From: Streptosporangiaceae bacterium
GTDB taxonomy: Bacteria; Actinomycetota; Actinomycetes; Streptosporangiales; Streptosporangiaceae
Length of the DNA: 61,284 nucleotides
NCBI GenBank assembly: GCA_036497045.1
Contig: DASXKD010000048.1
Coordinates: forward strand, 1 to 61,284
Direction: 5' to 3'
Shown here: one piece after another, positions 34,656 through 43,375 of the stretch
Layout of the letters: every line of letters begins with the position of its first letter
Numbering within the stretch: position 1 is the first letter of the stretch
Translations under genes and position numbers: made by a program
Notes under the pieces: generated by a model
The model's input: only the letters and a program-made list of their open reading frames with translations
Database searches by the model: none
What the model was told of the DNA's origin: nothing

Positions 34656-35150
34656 ATGAGCCATGAGCCGCAGATCCAGGAGCGCGCCGCGCAGCACTAC
34701 GCCGCTATCCCGATGACCGTCACCATGGACGGCCTGTCCAGCGCCGTGGACAGCGCCTTTTCGGAGTTGTTCCCATGGCTGGCCAGCCAGGGCATCACGC
34801 CGGCCGGGGCGCCGCTGATCCGCTACCTGGTCATCGACATGGCGGGTGAACTGCAGATCGAAATGGCGGTGCCGGTCGCCGCGCCGATCACGGCCAGCGG
34901 CCGCATCCAGCCGGGCACCCTCCCCGAGGGCAGGTACGCCGTGCTCCGGCACACCGGGCCCTACGACGGCCTGGTCGCCAGCAACGCCGCGCTGCAGCGG
35001 TGGGCGCAGGAGCACGGGATCGAGTTCGACACCTGGGACACCGCCCGGGGCTCCGCCTGGCGCAGCCGGGCCGAGCACTACCTCACCGATCCCTCCCAAG
35101 AGCCTGACCCGGCCAAGCTGGAGACCGACGTCGCATACCTGATCGCGTAG
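34656..35150 (+). CDS. GyrI-like small-molecule-binding domain protein
   Basis: 164 aa, YAAIPMTVTMDGLSSAVDSAFSELFPWLASQGI...GRYAVLRHTGPYDGL. Confidence 0.75.
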   Translation: MSHEPQIQERAAQHYAAIPMTVTMDGLSSAVDSAFSELFPWLASQGITPAGAPLIRYLVIDMAGELQIEMAVPVAAPITASGRIQPGTLPEGRYAVLRHTGPYDGLVASNAALQRWAQEHGIEFDTWDTARGSAWRSRAEHYLTDPSQEPDPAKLETDVAYLIA

Positions 35151-35301
35151 GGCACCAGCGCCCGGGCGGTGGAACGCCCGGTGCTGTGGAACGCCCGGTG
35201 CTGTGGAAATGAGTAGCCGCTACTCAGGTGGCCATCCTGGCGGCCCCCTTATAACGGTGCTAGAGCGGGCCGATCGCAGCCCGCCCGCGCCAGGAGGACT
35301 C

Positions 35302-35712
35302 ATGTTCGGGCATAAGACGCAGGCCGAGGCCGTGGTGATCACGCGGGAGATGCTCCACGATTCACCGGTGGAACACGGCAGCAACTACCACCACTGGCAC
35401 TACCAGACGTGGCGCTTCGTGGTCGATGTTCGTCCCGAGGGCATGCCCGCCTACCGGGCCGGGGTGGAGCAGAAGATCCGGTATCCGGACTTCGAGGTAC
35501 CGGCCGTCGGCAACACGGTGCGCGTGGAGTACCAGGACAAGCACCCGGACCAGGTCGAACTCGCGCTCGGTGGCGATGACCGGTGCGACATCGCGCTGAG
35601 CAATCGTGAGGAGCGGGACCAGCACAAGGCAGGAAAGGCTGGCCGGGACGCCGCGTTCCGGACGGCACTCGATGCACCGCCGGGAACCCCACCGGACGGC
35701 GGCCTACGATGA
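35302..35712 (+). CDS. Hypothetical protein (136 aa)
   Basis: AGGAGG lies 5 nt before the ATG at 35302. Balanced His/Tyr/Glu-rich composition (HGSNYHHWHYQTWRFVVDVRPEG). Confidence 0.65.
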   Translation: MFGHKTQAEAVVITREMLHDSPVEHGSNYHHWHYQTWRFVVDVRPEGMPAYRAGVEQKIRYPDFEVPAVGNTVRVEYQDKHPDQVELALGGDDRCDIALSNREERDQHKAGKAGRDAAFRTALDAPPGTPPDGGLR

Positions 35713-36970
35713 CCGTGAGCTGATGCGCCGCCGCCGGCCTCGGTAACGACCCCAGGGGCATCAGGCGCGAGCGCCGACGGTACATCCACCCGGCATCCCG
35801 CCGGGGTAATCTGCGGACCGCGAACCGGGCCTCCCGGGGGGTGGCCAGTGGGCCGTCTCGCCATTCCAGCGCCGGCGAGGTCAGGCAGGCGAACGGGAAG
35901 CGGCAGAAAAACGCCTCCGTGTACTCCTCAAGGGCGGCAAGGGTGAGTTCGTCGCCGGGGCAGCGGTGCTGGCCGGGGCCGAACGCCAGCCATGCACCGC
36001 CCCGGGGGTGACGGACCGCCGAAATCAGCGACGGCAGCACCAGGGTGCCTTCGGGCACCGGGCACTGGCCTAACCGCGCGCCCTTACCGGCAACCAGCGG
36101 CGGGGTGACGGGGAACAGGGCCTCCTGCACGATCGCTTCTCGCACCACTTGCGCCCAGGTCCGCTCCCCCAGGAACACCTCGGCGAGGGTATCTGGGCGC
36201 TGCAGCAGCCAGATCAGCACCCGTTCCAAGACCGGCAGCAATGCGGTGGCGCCGTTGCTGACGGTGGCGACTGCCCGGACCGCTTCCTCGAGCGTGTACC
36301 CGGCTCGCTGCATGACCGCAAACGTCTGCGCTACCAGCCCGCCGTCCGGGCTGGCCTGCTTGGCGGCGATGACCCGCTCGTAGTAGCCCCAAAGAGCATG
36401 CCAGGCCGCTTGGGCGTTGATGACCCCGCCATCGGGCTGCACGACCCCGAACGCGATCTCCCCGGCGGGCCTGATGATGGGCGCCCAGTCCGCGATGGGC
36501 ACGCCGAGGGCCGCGCAGACGGTGGCGGCGGTGGCCGGCTCGGCATAGTCGGCCCGCAGGTCACCGGTGCCCCGGGGGGCGATCTGATCGAGTAGGCCGA
36601 CGGCCGCCTTCCTCATCCCGGGGCGCAGCGCGCCGGCCGCGTCGCTGGTGAACAGGTGCCCGATCGTCTGACGGAGCTTGCGGTGGGCTGGGCCGTCCAT
36701 GCCGAGCAGGTGGCCGGGCGGGTCATCGCCCGGGACCTCGGCGCCGGTAAGCGGGGTTTCCAGCCGGTTGGCCATCCGCCAAGCCGGGGAACTTTTTACG
36801 CTCAGCAGATCCTCATACCGGTGGACCACGTGCATGGGTTCGCCGCCGGCCGGGGCCGTGACCTCGGCGTGGTCTTCGGAGAGCACAGCGGGGAAACCGC
36901 CGTCGCGCTGGGCAGCGAAGGTGAGGTGGGTTACGGCGGCCCGGTCGGCCGGGGAGTTGGTCATGGTCAT
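35339..36970 (-). CDS. Divergent cytochrome P450 with apparent C-terminal read-through (core about 35813-36970)
   Basis: AAGGAG lies 7 nt before the ATG at 36970. Heme loop FGPGQHRCPG. The K-helix reads QEALF instead of ExxR. The family-typical end (LEWRDGP...ARFAVR) is followed by rare AGA-TTA codons (35812-35807). A ~156-codon Arg/Pro-rich tail then runs antisense to the 35302-35712 gene. Confidence 0.7.
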   Translation of the reverse strand: MTMTNSPADRAAVTHLTFAAQRDGGFPAVLSEDHAEVTAPAGGEPMHVVHRYEDLLSVKSSPAWRMANRLETPLTGAEVPGDDPPGHLLGMDGPAHRKLRQTIGHLFTSDAAGALRPGMRKAAVGLLDQIAPRGTGDLRADYAEPATAATVCAALGVPIADWAPIIRPAGEIAFGVVQPDGGVINAQAAWHALWGYYERVIAAKQASPDGGLVAQTFAVMQRAGYTLEEAVRAVATVSNGATALLPVLERVLIWLLQRPDTLAEVFLGERTWAQVVREAIVQEALFPVTPPLVAGKGARLGQCPVPEGTLVLPSLISAVRHPRGGAWLAFGPGQHRCPGDELTLAALEEYTEAFFCRFPFACLTSPALEWRDGPLATPREARFAVRRLPRRDAGWMYRRRSRLMPLGSLPRPAAAHQLTVIVGRRPVGFPAVHRVPSGTRRPGQPFLPCAGPAPHDCSARCRTGHRHRARVRPGPGACPGTPRAPCCRRPVPRSPDTGSSAPPRPGRRACPRDEHRPRSATSGSASGGSCCRVPPVNRGASPA

Positions 36971-37210
36971 GGGGGCACTCCTTCGGCACCGCGCAGCGCT
37001 TCGCTGCCCGAACTGAGGCACCAGCGCGCTGCCCCAGCACCGAACGGGGCGCTCCGGGTGCTGGGATGACACGCCCGCCATCTAATTCCAGGTGGCCGTT
37101 ATTGCGGTTACCTTGATGTGTGCCTTGCACCCCAGGTCACAGGCCATGTAAGAGGGACGCAGGCAGGCAGAATCCAGGCATCTGGCGGGCCAGCCGCCGC
37201 CGGTGGCGCG

Positions 37211-38074
37211 CTAGGCCTTCCTGGCAACTCCGCACCAGGCCGTTACCTGGGCCGTGCTGAGCGCGCCAGGCTCGGGCCGCCACTGCTGCGGCTGGACCAC
37301 GCCCGGTTCGAGCAGCTCAAGCCCATCGAAGAAGCGGGTGATCGCGGCGCGGTCGCGCATGGTGGCCGGTGGCCCGCTCATCCGCTGGTTCACCCGCCTG
37401 GTCATTTCCGCCATCTTCGCCGCGCGGATGTCGCTGGCGGGATGGGCGAGCACCAGGTAACTGCTGGGCGGAAGGGCCTGTACCAGCCTGCCGACGATGC
37501 CGTAAGGGTCGTCGGTGTCCGGGATCATGTGCAAGATGATCAGCAGCATGAGCGCGATCGGCTGCCCGAAATCCAGGGTCTGCGCCGCCGCCTCGAGGAT
37601 GCCCGCGGTGTCGCGCAGGTCGGCGTCGAGGTAGGCCGTGGTCCCCTCGGAGGTGCTGGTGAGCAGGGCCCGGGCGTGCACCAGCACGACCGGGTCGTTG
37701 TCCACGTAGACGACCCGCGCGGCCGGGGTGGCCGCCTGGGCCACCTCGTGGGTGTTGCTGGCCGTGGGCAGCCCGGTGCCGATGTCCATGAACTGCCTGA
37801 CGCCGCAGTCGGCGGCCAGGTGGTGCACCGCCCGGGCCAGGAAGGCCCGGTTCGCCCGCACGTCGCTGACGATCCCCGGGTTGGCGGCGATCGCCTGCTC
37901 GGCCGCTTCCCGGTCGGCGGCGTAGTTGTCCTTGCCGCCCAGCCAGTAGTTGTAGATCCGAGCCGAATGCGCGTGCTCGGTGTCATATCCCGGCGCCTGC
38001 CCCCGGCCGGGATCACCCGGTGCCTGCCCCCGGCCGGAATCACCTGGCGCTGGCGTTCCAGTCTGGTTGGACAT
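37211..38074 (-). CDS. SAM-dependent methyltransferase (Methyltransf_19/DUF574-like)
   Basis: ARIYNYWLGGKDNYAADREAAEQ...ANRAFLARAVHHLA...RQFMDIGTGLPT...VVYVDNDPVV. Confidence 0.85.
   Translation of the reverse strand: MSNQTGTPAPGDSGRGQAPGDPGRGQAPGYDTEHAHSARIYNYWLGGKDNYAADREAAEQAIAANPGIVSDVRANRAFLARAVHHLAADCGVRQFMDIGTGLPTASNTHEVAQAATPAARVVYVDNDPVVLVHARALLTSTSEGTTAYLDADLRDTAGILEAAAQTLDFGQPIALMLLIILHMIPDTDDPYGIVGRLVQALPPSSYLVLAHPASDIRAAKMAEMTRRVNQRMSGPPATMRDRAAITRFFDGLELLEPGVVQPQQWRPEPGALSTAQVTAWCGVARKA
37995..38048. repeat. 2 x 27-nt in-frame tandem duplication in the methyltransferase N-terminus
   Basis: GCCTGCCCCCGGCCGGGATCACCCGGT followed by GCCTGCCCCCGGCCGGAATCACCTGGC. On the minus strand they encode PGDSGRGQA PGDPGRGQA. 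Confidence 0.85.
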
Positions 38075-38098
38075 GGGGTGATGCTACCGTGCCCGCGG

Positions 38099-40750
38099 TC
38101 AGCGGGCCGTGCTGGTGAGGCCGAGCTTGGCGGCACGGGTCGCGGCCGCGCGCCGGGTCGGTGCGTCCAGCTTGGCCAGCACCGCCGACACGTGATGGTC
38201 AACGGTCTTGACCGAGATGAACAGCTTCCCGGCGATCTCCGCGTTGGTGTGCCTGGCGCAGATCAGGTCGAGGACCTCACGCTCGCGCCGGGTCAGCCCC
38301 AGCGGGTGTTCCCGCGTCGCCGTACGGGGCCCGGCCGGGATCGACCGGATCGCGAGCCGGCGCATCTTCTGCCGGGTGAGCCGGGCCGTGGCCGAGGCAC
38401 CGAGGTCGGTGAAGATCCACAGCGCCTTGCGCAGCGAGGCTTCGTCGGCCGACCCGAGCAGCGCCATCCCGGCCTCGTAGGGGCAGCCCAGGTCCGTCCA
38501 GAGGCGGGCCGCGCCGGCCCAGTCGCGGTCGAGTTGCCGCAGGTAGGGTGCGGCGAGCTCACCTCGGGGCGGCCGGGCCGAGCCGGTGCGCCGCAGCCAG
38601 GCAGCGACCGCGCCGCGGTCCCATCCGTCGGTGCCCTCGGCCGCGTCGTCGGCAAGCTCAGCTTCGCGGCGGGCGTCGGCCAGGTTGCCCTCCAGCCAGA
38701 ATGCCTCGGCGCGGGCCAGCCGCACCGGCACGATCGACTGCGGCTCACCGGCCCCGTCGGCGGAGTCGATGGCCTCGTCGAGACATTCCGAGCAGGCCCC
38801 GGCTTCGCCCCGCCTGGCCTGGATCAGGCCGAGCCGGTGCAGCGGGCAGAGCCGGATGTTCGGGGACGGTCCCCCCGTGCTCAGCAGCTCGTCACAGATG
38901 GCCACGGCCTCATCCCAGCGGCCCGTCCGCTCCAGCGCGCTGGTCCGCTCGCTGCGCGCATAGATGGAGTAGGTGGTGATGTCATGCTCGTCGCAGTACG
39001 CGAGGCCCCTGGTGAAATACCGCTCGGCGGCGGCCCAGTCCCGGTCGGCGACATAGCAGGCATGCAGGTTCACGTAGGCACGGGCCACCTCGGCCTCGTG
39101 CCGGCCGGCCAGCGCGATGTCCAGGGCCTGGTGCAGCGTGCCTGCCCACTTCCCGCCGATCACCCGGACGGCACACGCCTCGGTATTGAGCGCGTTGCTG
39201 AGCACCTTGGTCAGGCCGAGCGGCCAGGCGACCGCCTGCGCCCGCCGGGCCAGCTCGATCGCCTCCCGATGGACACCGCGCATCATCCACATCGACCCCA
39301 GGGTGGCGTACGCCCAGGCCAGCTCTGCGGTCGGGCCGAGCGGCTCGAGAATCGCTATCGCATCCCGCACCGCGGCGACGGCGGCGTCCCCCCGGCTCAG
39401 TGAGCACAGTGAGGAGGCAAACCAGCGCAGCGTGTCGCCCTCGCGCAGCCGGTCACCCACCTCGCGCCACAGGGCGAGCGCCCGCTCCCTGGCGTCGGCC
39501 GCCTCCTGCCAGCGGTCAAGCAGCGATGCCTCGTAGGCGAAGCTGTCATGCAGACTGGCGGCCGTGGCGGGATCGGCCTGATCGGCGAAACGGAGCGCCC
39601 GTTCGAACTGGGCGGCCGCCTCACGGTGCGAGGCCAGCGCGGCGGCCCGGCGGGCGGCAGCAGCCGCGTACCGCAGTGCCGCCGGGCCATCGCCGGCCGC
39701 CTCCGCGTGGAACGCCATGCAGGCGTCGTCATCGCGACCGAGGGCCTGCAGCGACGCAAGGATCCGGGCATGGATGGCGGTTGACCGGTGGGCGGTCACC
39801 GCTCCCGCCACCGCGAGCCGCGCGATCTCATGACGGAAGTGCAGCGCCGTGCCGTCCCCGGTGACCAGCCCGGACGCCAGCAGTTCGTCTATCGCCGACG
39901 GTGGGCACGCCGCGACGGACTCCAGCAGGGCGACCTCGATCCTGGTGCCGATCAACGCGGCGGCGTCAAGCACGGCACGCGACCCGCTGCCCAGCCGCGC
40001 GGCCCGGGCCAGCACCGCGTCCCTGGCCGTGGCTGGCACGTCGCTCATCCCCGCCTGCACGGCCTGGCTGACGTAGAACGGGTTGCCGCCGGTCAGCCGG
40101 TACAGCGCGGCAGAGTCGAGACCACTCCCGCCGGCCAGCACCGCCACCGCCTCCGCGGAGAGCGGCGGCAGGCCCATGCGCCGGACGCACCGGTGGGTGG
40201 CCAGGTCGCCCAGGGCGAGGCGGAGCAGGTCCGCTGCACCCAGGCCCTCGTCCCGGTAGGTGGCCAGCAGCAGGACCGGGACGTCCCGGAGCCGCCGGCC
40301 AAGGAAACGCAGCAGGTCGATGGTGGCCTCGTCGGCCCAGTGGACGTCCTCCACGACCAGCACGTGCAGCTTTCCCGGCGTGCTGACCTGCCGCAGCAGG
40401 GCACTGAACAGCTCCTCGCGGGGAGCATCGGCCCGGCACAACTCCAGCAACTCGCCGCCGAGCCGGCTGGCGATGTCATAGAGGGGGCCGAGTGGCCGCG
40501 GGGTGAACAGGCCATCGCAGGCGCCCCAGTACCAGGTGGCATCCGGCAGGTCGTGCTCCGCCTGCTCGACCAGCGCCGACTTGCCGACGCCCGCCTCACC
40601 GGCGATGAGGACCAGGCGGCCATCCCCCTGCGCCGCCTCCCACGCGTACTCCGCCAGCGAGGCGAGCTGTGATTCCCGTTCCAGCAACCGCACGACGTCC
40701 ATCCCCCGTACCAAGGCTTGGTCAACACCAGGCATAACGGCCGCTGCCAC
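38099..40750 (-). CDS. LAL-type (large ATP-binding LuxR family) regulator: AAA/STAND NTPase + TPR-like repeats + LuxR HTH
   Basis: Walker A GEAGVGKS and Walker B-like LHVLVVEDVHWAD. A long helical repeat region follows. C-terminal LTRREREVLDLICARHTNAEIAGKLFISVKTVDHHVSAVLAKL. Confidence 0.9.
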   Translation of the reverse strand: MAAAVMPGVDQALVRGMDVVRLLERESQLASLAEYAWEAAQGDGRLVLIAGEAGVGKSALVEQAEHDLPDATWYWGACDGLFTPRPLGPLYDIASRLGGELLELCRADAPREELFSALLRQVSTPGKLHVLVVEDVHWADEATIDLLRFLGRRLRDVPVLLLATYRDEGLGAADLLRLALGDLATHRCVRRMGLPPLSAEAVAVLAGGSGLDSAALYRLTGGNPFYVSQAVQAGMSDVPATARDAVLARAARLGSGSRAVLDAAALIGTRIEVALLESVAACPPSAIDELLASGLVTGDGTALHFRHEIARLAVAGAVTAHRSTAIHARILASLQALGRDDDACMAFHAEAAGDGPAALRYAAAAARRAAALASHREAAAQFERALRFADQADPATAASLHDSFAYEASLLDRWQEAADARERALALWREVGDRLREGDTLRWFASSLCSLSRGDAAVAAVRDAIAILEPLGPTAELAWAYATLGSMWMMRGVHREAIELARRAQAVAWPLGLTKVLSNALNTEACAVRVIGGKWAGTLHQALDIALAGRHEAEVARAYVNLHACYVADRDWAAAERYFTRGLAYCDEHDITTYSIYARSERTSALERTGRWDEAVAICDELLSTGGPSPNIRLCPLHRLGLIQARRGEAGACSECLDEAIDSADGAGEPQSIVPVRLARAEAFWLEGNLADARREAELADDAAEGTDGWDRGAVAAWLRRTGSARPPRGELAAPYLRQLDRDWAGAARLWTDLGCPYEAGMALLGSADEASLRKALWIFTDLGASATARLTRQKMRRLAIRSIPAGPRTATREHPLGLTRREREVLDLICARHTNAEIAGKLFISVKTVDHHVSAVLAKLDAPTRRAAATRAAKLGLTSTAR

Positions 40751-40888
40751 GCAAATAGTTCAACCCGGGCAACAGGGCGGGAAATCTAGGCAGCCCCGCG
40801 GCGAAACTGGGGAACCGCTACCGATTCGGCGCACTGGCCTGCGGCCATACGTTCGGGCTGGCTCGATAACCAGACCGAGGGAGGCGCA

Positions 40889-41170
40889 GTGCCGCTCTTC
40901 ATGGACGTTCACTCGTTCGGCCACGGCGTGGCCGCTGACGACATGGCCAAAGCACACCTGGCGGACCTGCGGACGCAGGGCAAGCACGAAACCCGGTACC
41001 TGCGGTACTGGGTCGACGAGCAGCGGGGCAAGGCGTTCTGCCTCGTCGAGGCGCCATCGGTCGCGGCGGCCGAGACCGTCCACTACGAGGCCCATGGCCT
41101 GGTCGCCGACGAGATCTATCGAGTGCAGGAAGGCAACGGGCTCGGCAACGCGGGCCCGGCCAAGCGATGA
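40889..41170 (+). CDS. DUF4242 (SCO4226-like) small ferredoxin-fold protein
   Basis: MPLFMDVHSFGHGVAADDMAKAHLADLRTQGKHETRYLRYWVDEQRGKAFCLVEAPS. Confidence 0.75.
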   Translation: MPLFMDVHSFGHGVAADDMAKAHLADLRTQGKHETRYLRYWVDEQRGKAFCLVEAPSVAAAETVHYEAHGLVADEIYRVQEGNGLGNAGPAKR

Positions 41171-41182
41171 GGAGGAAAGGAA

Positions 41183-41395
41183 ATGAGTTACCCCTACATC
41201 CACGCGGCGCTGGCCCGCGAGCGGCAGGAAGCGCTGCTGGCGGAGGCGCAAGCTACGCGCCTGGCCAGGGAAGCGCGATCGCACCGGCGCAGGCATGCCA
41301 GCACGGCCACTCCTGGAGCACGCTTTCGCCGGGCCGCAGGCTGGCTGCCTTCGGCGTGGAGCCGCCTGCTCACCTCACGCCCGGATTCGGTGTAA
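41183..41395 (+). CDS. Small Arg-rich hypothetical protein (70 aa)
   Basis: Strong RBS GAGGAGGAAAGG before the ATG. Lies 12 nt after the DUF4242 stop. No known motif. Confidence 0.5.
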   Translation: MSYPYIHAALARERQEALLAEAQATRLAREARSHRRRHASTATPGARFRRAAGWLPSAWSRLLTSRPDSV

Positions 41396-41479
41396 GGATG
41401 CGCGGTCCGTTGCCCGCTGCGGCGGTGCAGGTTCATCGCCGCAGTGGGCAGGCGGTGACCCGCGCTAAGCGGCCTGGGG

Positions 41480-41815
41480 TCAGCGCCCTTGGGCCGTCCC
41501 GGCCTGGTACTGCTCAACCACGCTGGCCGGGATGCGGCCACGCTCACTGACGGCGATGCCGTGGTCTTTCGCCCAGGCCCGGATATCGCCGCTGCGCTGA
41601 CGGCTCGCCGCGGTGCGCACCGGCCGCCGCACAGGTCCCCGCCCGGACTTGCGGGCGTGCTCGATGAATGGCGCGAGTTGCTTACGGAACGTATTGGCGT
41701 TCTTCTTGCTCAGGTCGATCTCGTAGTCCGAACCGCCGAATCCGAACCGCACGGTCTCGTCCGCCGCGCCGCCATCAAGGTCGTCTTCCAGCGCGACGGT
41801 TACTCTCTGGGCCAT
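41480..41815 (-). CDS. lsr2: Lsr2-family nucleoid-associated protein
   Basis: MAQRVTVALEDDLDGG...VRFGFGGSDYEIDLSKKNANTFRKQLAPFIEHARK...IRAWAKDHGIAVSERGRIPASVVEQY. GGAGG lies before the ATG at 41815. Confidence 0.9.
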   Translation of the reverse strand: MAQRVTVALEDDLDGGAADETVRFGFGGSDYEIDLSKKNANTFRKQLAPFIEHARKSGRGPVRRPVRTAASRQRSGDIRAWAKDHGIAVSERGRIPASVVEQYQAGTAQGR

Positions 41816-42094
41816 CTCAACCTCCACAACCGCGATGGTGCCTGTACCGTACACAGGCGAGTGTCATCTGCCACAGCCGCAACGCCGCAGATCAGAGACA
41901 GGTTTACACGAAACCAATCGCCTGGCCCGAGCAAATATTCCAATAGCCGGCCCGCTTTCGCCCTGTCGGCTCGTCACGCTCTGTCATCTATCCCGGACGG
42001 CTTGCGCGCGGAGCCGTCTGAGCCAGATTGCGGCGGGGCAGATTGGTGCCGGATGTGCCCTCTATACCCGGATCTGCGCAATCTCTGCATGATC

Positions 42095-42108
42095 AGCGCA
42101 TTTGCGCT
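42095..42108. promoter_or_regulatory. Perfect 14-bp palindrome AGCGCA-TT-TGCGCT upstream of the kinase gene
   Basis: Read directly from the sequence. Lies about 50 nt upstream of the ATG at 42160, in a comparatively AT-rich 300-nt intergenic region. Confidence 0.3.
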
Positions 42109-42159
42109 TGGCAAATTGACGCGGACCATCCCGGAGCCCCACTCGGGGAGAATGGGCCA

Positions 42160-43329
42160 ATGGCCGACTCCTCCCCGCCTCCAGCGCTGCCAGAAGATGA
42201 GCAGCGGGCGGCAGAGGCGCTGCTGACCAGGGCCTTCGGTGAGCCGACGGTGGTGCAGGCGGTGGAACTGCTCTGGGACAGAGGCCACGTCTCCCGGCTG
42301 CAGCTGGCGTCGGGCCGCGCCGTGATCCTGAAGCGCCAGCGCAAGCAGGGGCCGGGCAGCTCGCAGCTTTTCGGCGATGAACTGGCGGCCTTGGAGTACC
42401 TGAATGCCATGCCGGTGCCGGTTGCGCCCCGGCTGCTCGGCGCCGATGCCGAGGCCGGCCTGCTGCTGATAGAGGACCTGGGCGACGGAACCACGCTTGC
42501 CGACGTGCTGATGGCAGCCGGCCGTGAGCGGGTGCAGGCTGAACTCATCGCCTACGCCCAGGCGCTGGGCTCGCTGCATGCCTGGAGCATGGGCCACGCC
42601 GGCGAAGCTGCCGGCCTGCGGGCTCGCCACGGCCCCGGGGATGAGGCGGCCCCGAGATGGCGGGATGCTGTGCAACGGGGCAAGGAGCCGTTCCTGGCTG
42701 CGGCGGCCGCGCTGGGCGTTGCCAGCGACGGGGTGGCGGAGGAGGTCGACCAGGTCCACCGGATAATCATCGGCACCAGCTATCTGGGGCTGGTGCACGG
42801 CGACCCCTGCCCGGACAATGTCCTGCTGATCGATGGCATCTGCCGGATCGTCGACTTCGAGCACGCGGGCTGGGGTCCCGTCGCCTACGACGCCGCCTAT
42901 CTGCTCGCGCCGTTCCCGAGTTGCTGGTGTTTTGCCCGCCTGCCCGCTGAGGTCGCCGGCCCGGCCGTCGCGGCCTACCGGGCCCGGCTCGAGATCGCCG
43001 GAATCGAACTGGGGCCGGACTGGGAGAGCACCACAACGGCCGTCCTGGCTGCCGCGTTCCTCGGCCGCGGGCAGGTGTTCGCCGAAGCCCTGGACCGAGA
43101 CCACGAGTGGGGAACGACCACAATGCGGCCCCGGCTGCTGGCGTGGCTGGGCAGCTTCACCGGCCGGGCCGGCGACTGTACGCTGCCCCGGCTCCAGGCC
43201 ACGGCCGCCGCCATGTATGCCCGGCTCACCGAGCGCTGGGCCGGGATTCGCATCCCGGATTACCCGTCCCTCGCGCAGGCCGGCTCGGCATTGGCACAAC
43301 TGCCTGACGGGTGGCAGCCCCAGCCGTGA
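42160..43329 (+). CDS. APH-like phosphotransferase/kinase
   Basis: LLIEDLGDG, the catalytic loop LVHGDPCPDNVLL, and IVDFEHAG. Start taken at the ATG at 42160 within ORF 42028-43329. Confidence 0.8.
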   Translation: MADSSPPPALPEDEQRAAEALLTRAFGEPTVVQAVELLWDRGHVSRLQLASGRAVILKRQRKQGPGSSQLFGDELAALEYLNAMPVPVAPRLLGADAEAGLLLIEDLGDGTTLADVLMAAGRERVQAELIAYAQALGSLHAWSMGHAGEAAGLRARHGPGDEAAPRWRDAVQRGKEPFLAAAAALGVASDGVAEEVDQVHRIIIGTSYLGLVHGDPCPDNVLLIDGICRIVDFEHAGWGPVAYDAAYLLAPFPSCWCFARLPAEVAGPAVAAYRARLEIAGIELGPDWESTTTAVLAAAFLGRGQVFAEALDRDHEWGTTTMRPRLLAWLGSFTGRAGDCTLPRLQATAAAMYARLTERWAGIRIPDYPSLAQAGSALAQLPDGWQPQP

Positions 43330-43375
43330 CTCGCCGGTAAAGGCGAGCCCAGGGCAGTTCGTTAGCCTGCCCGCT

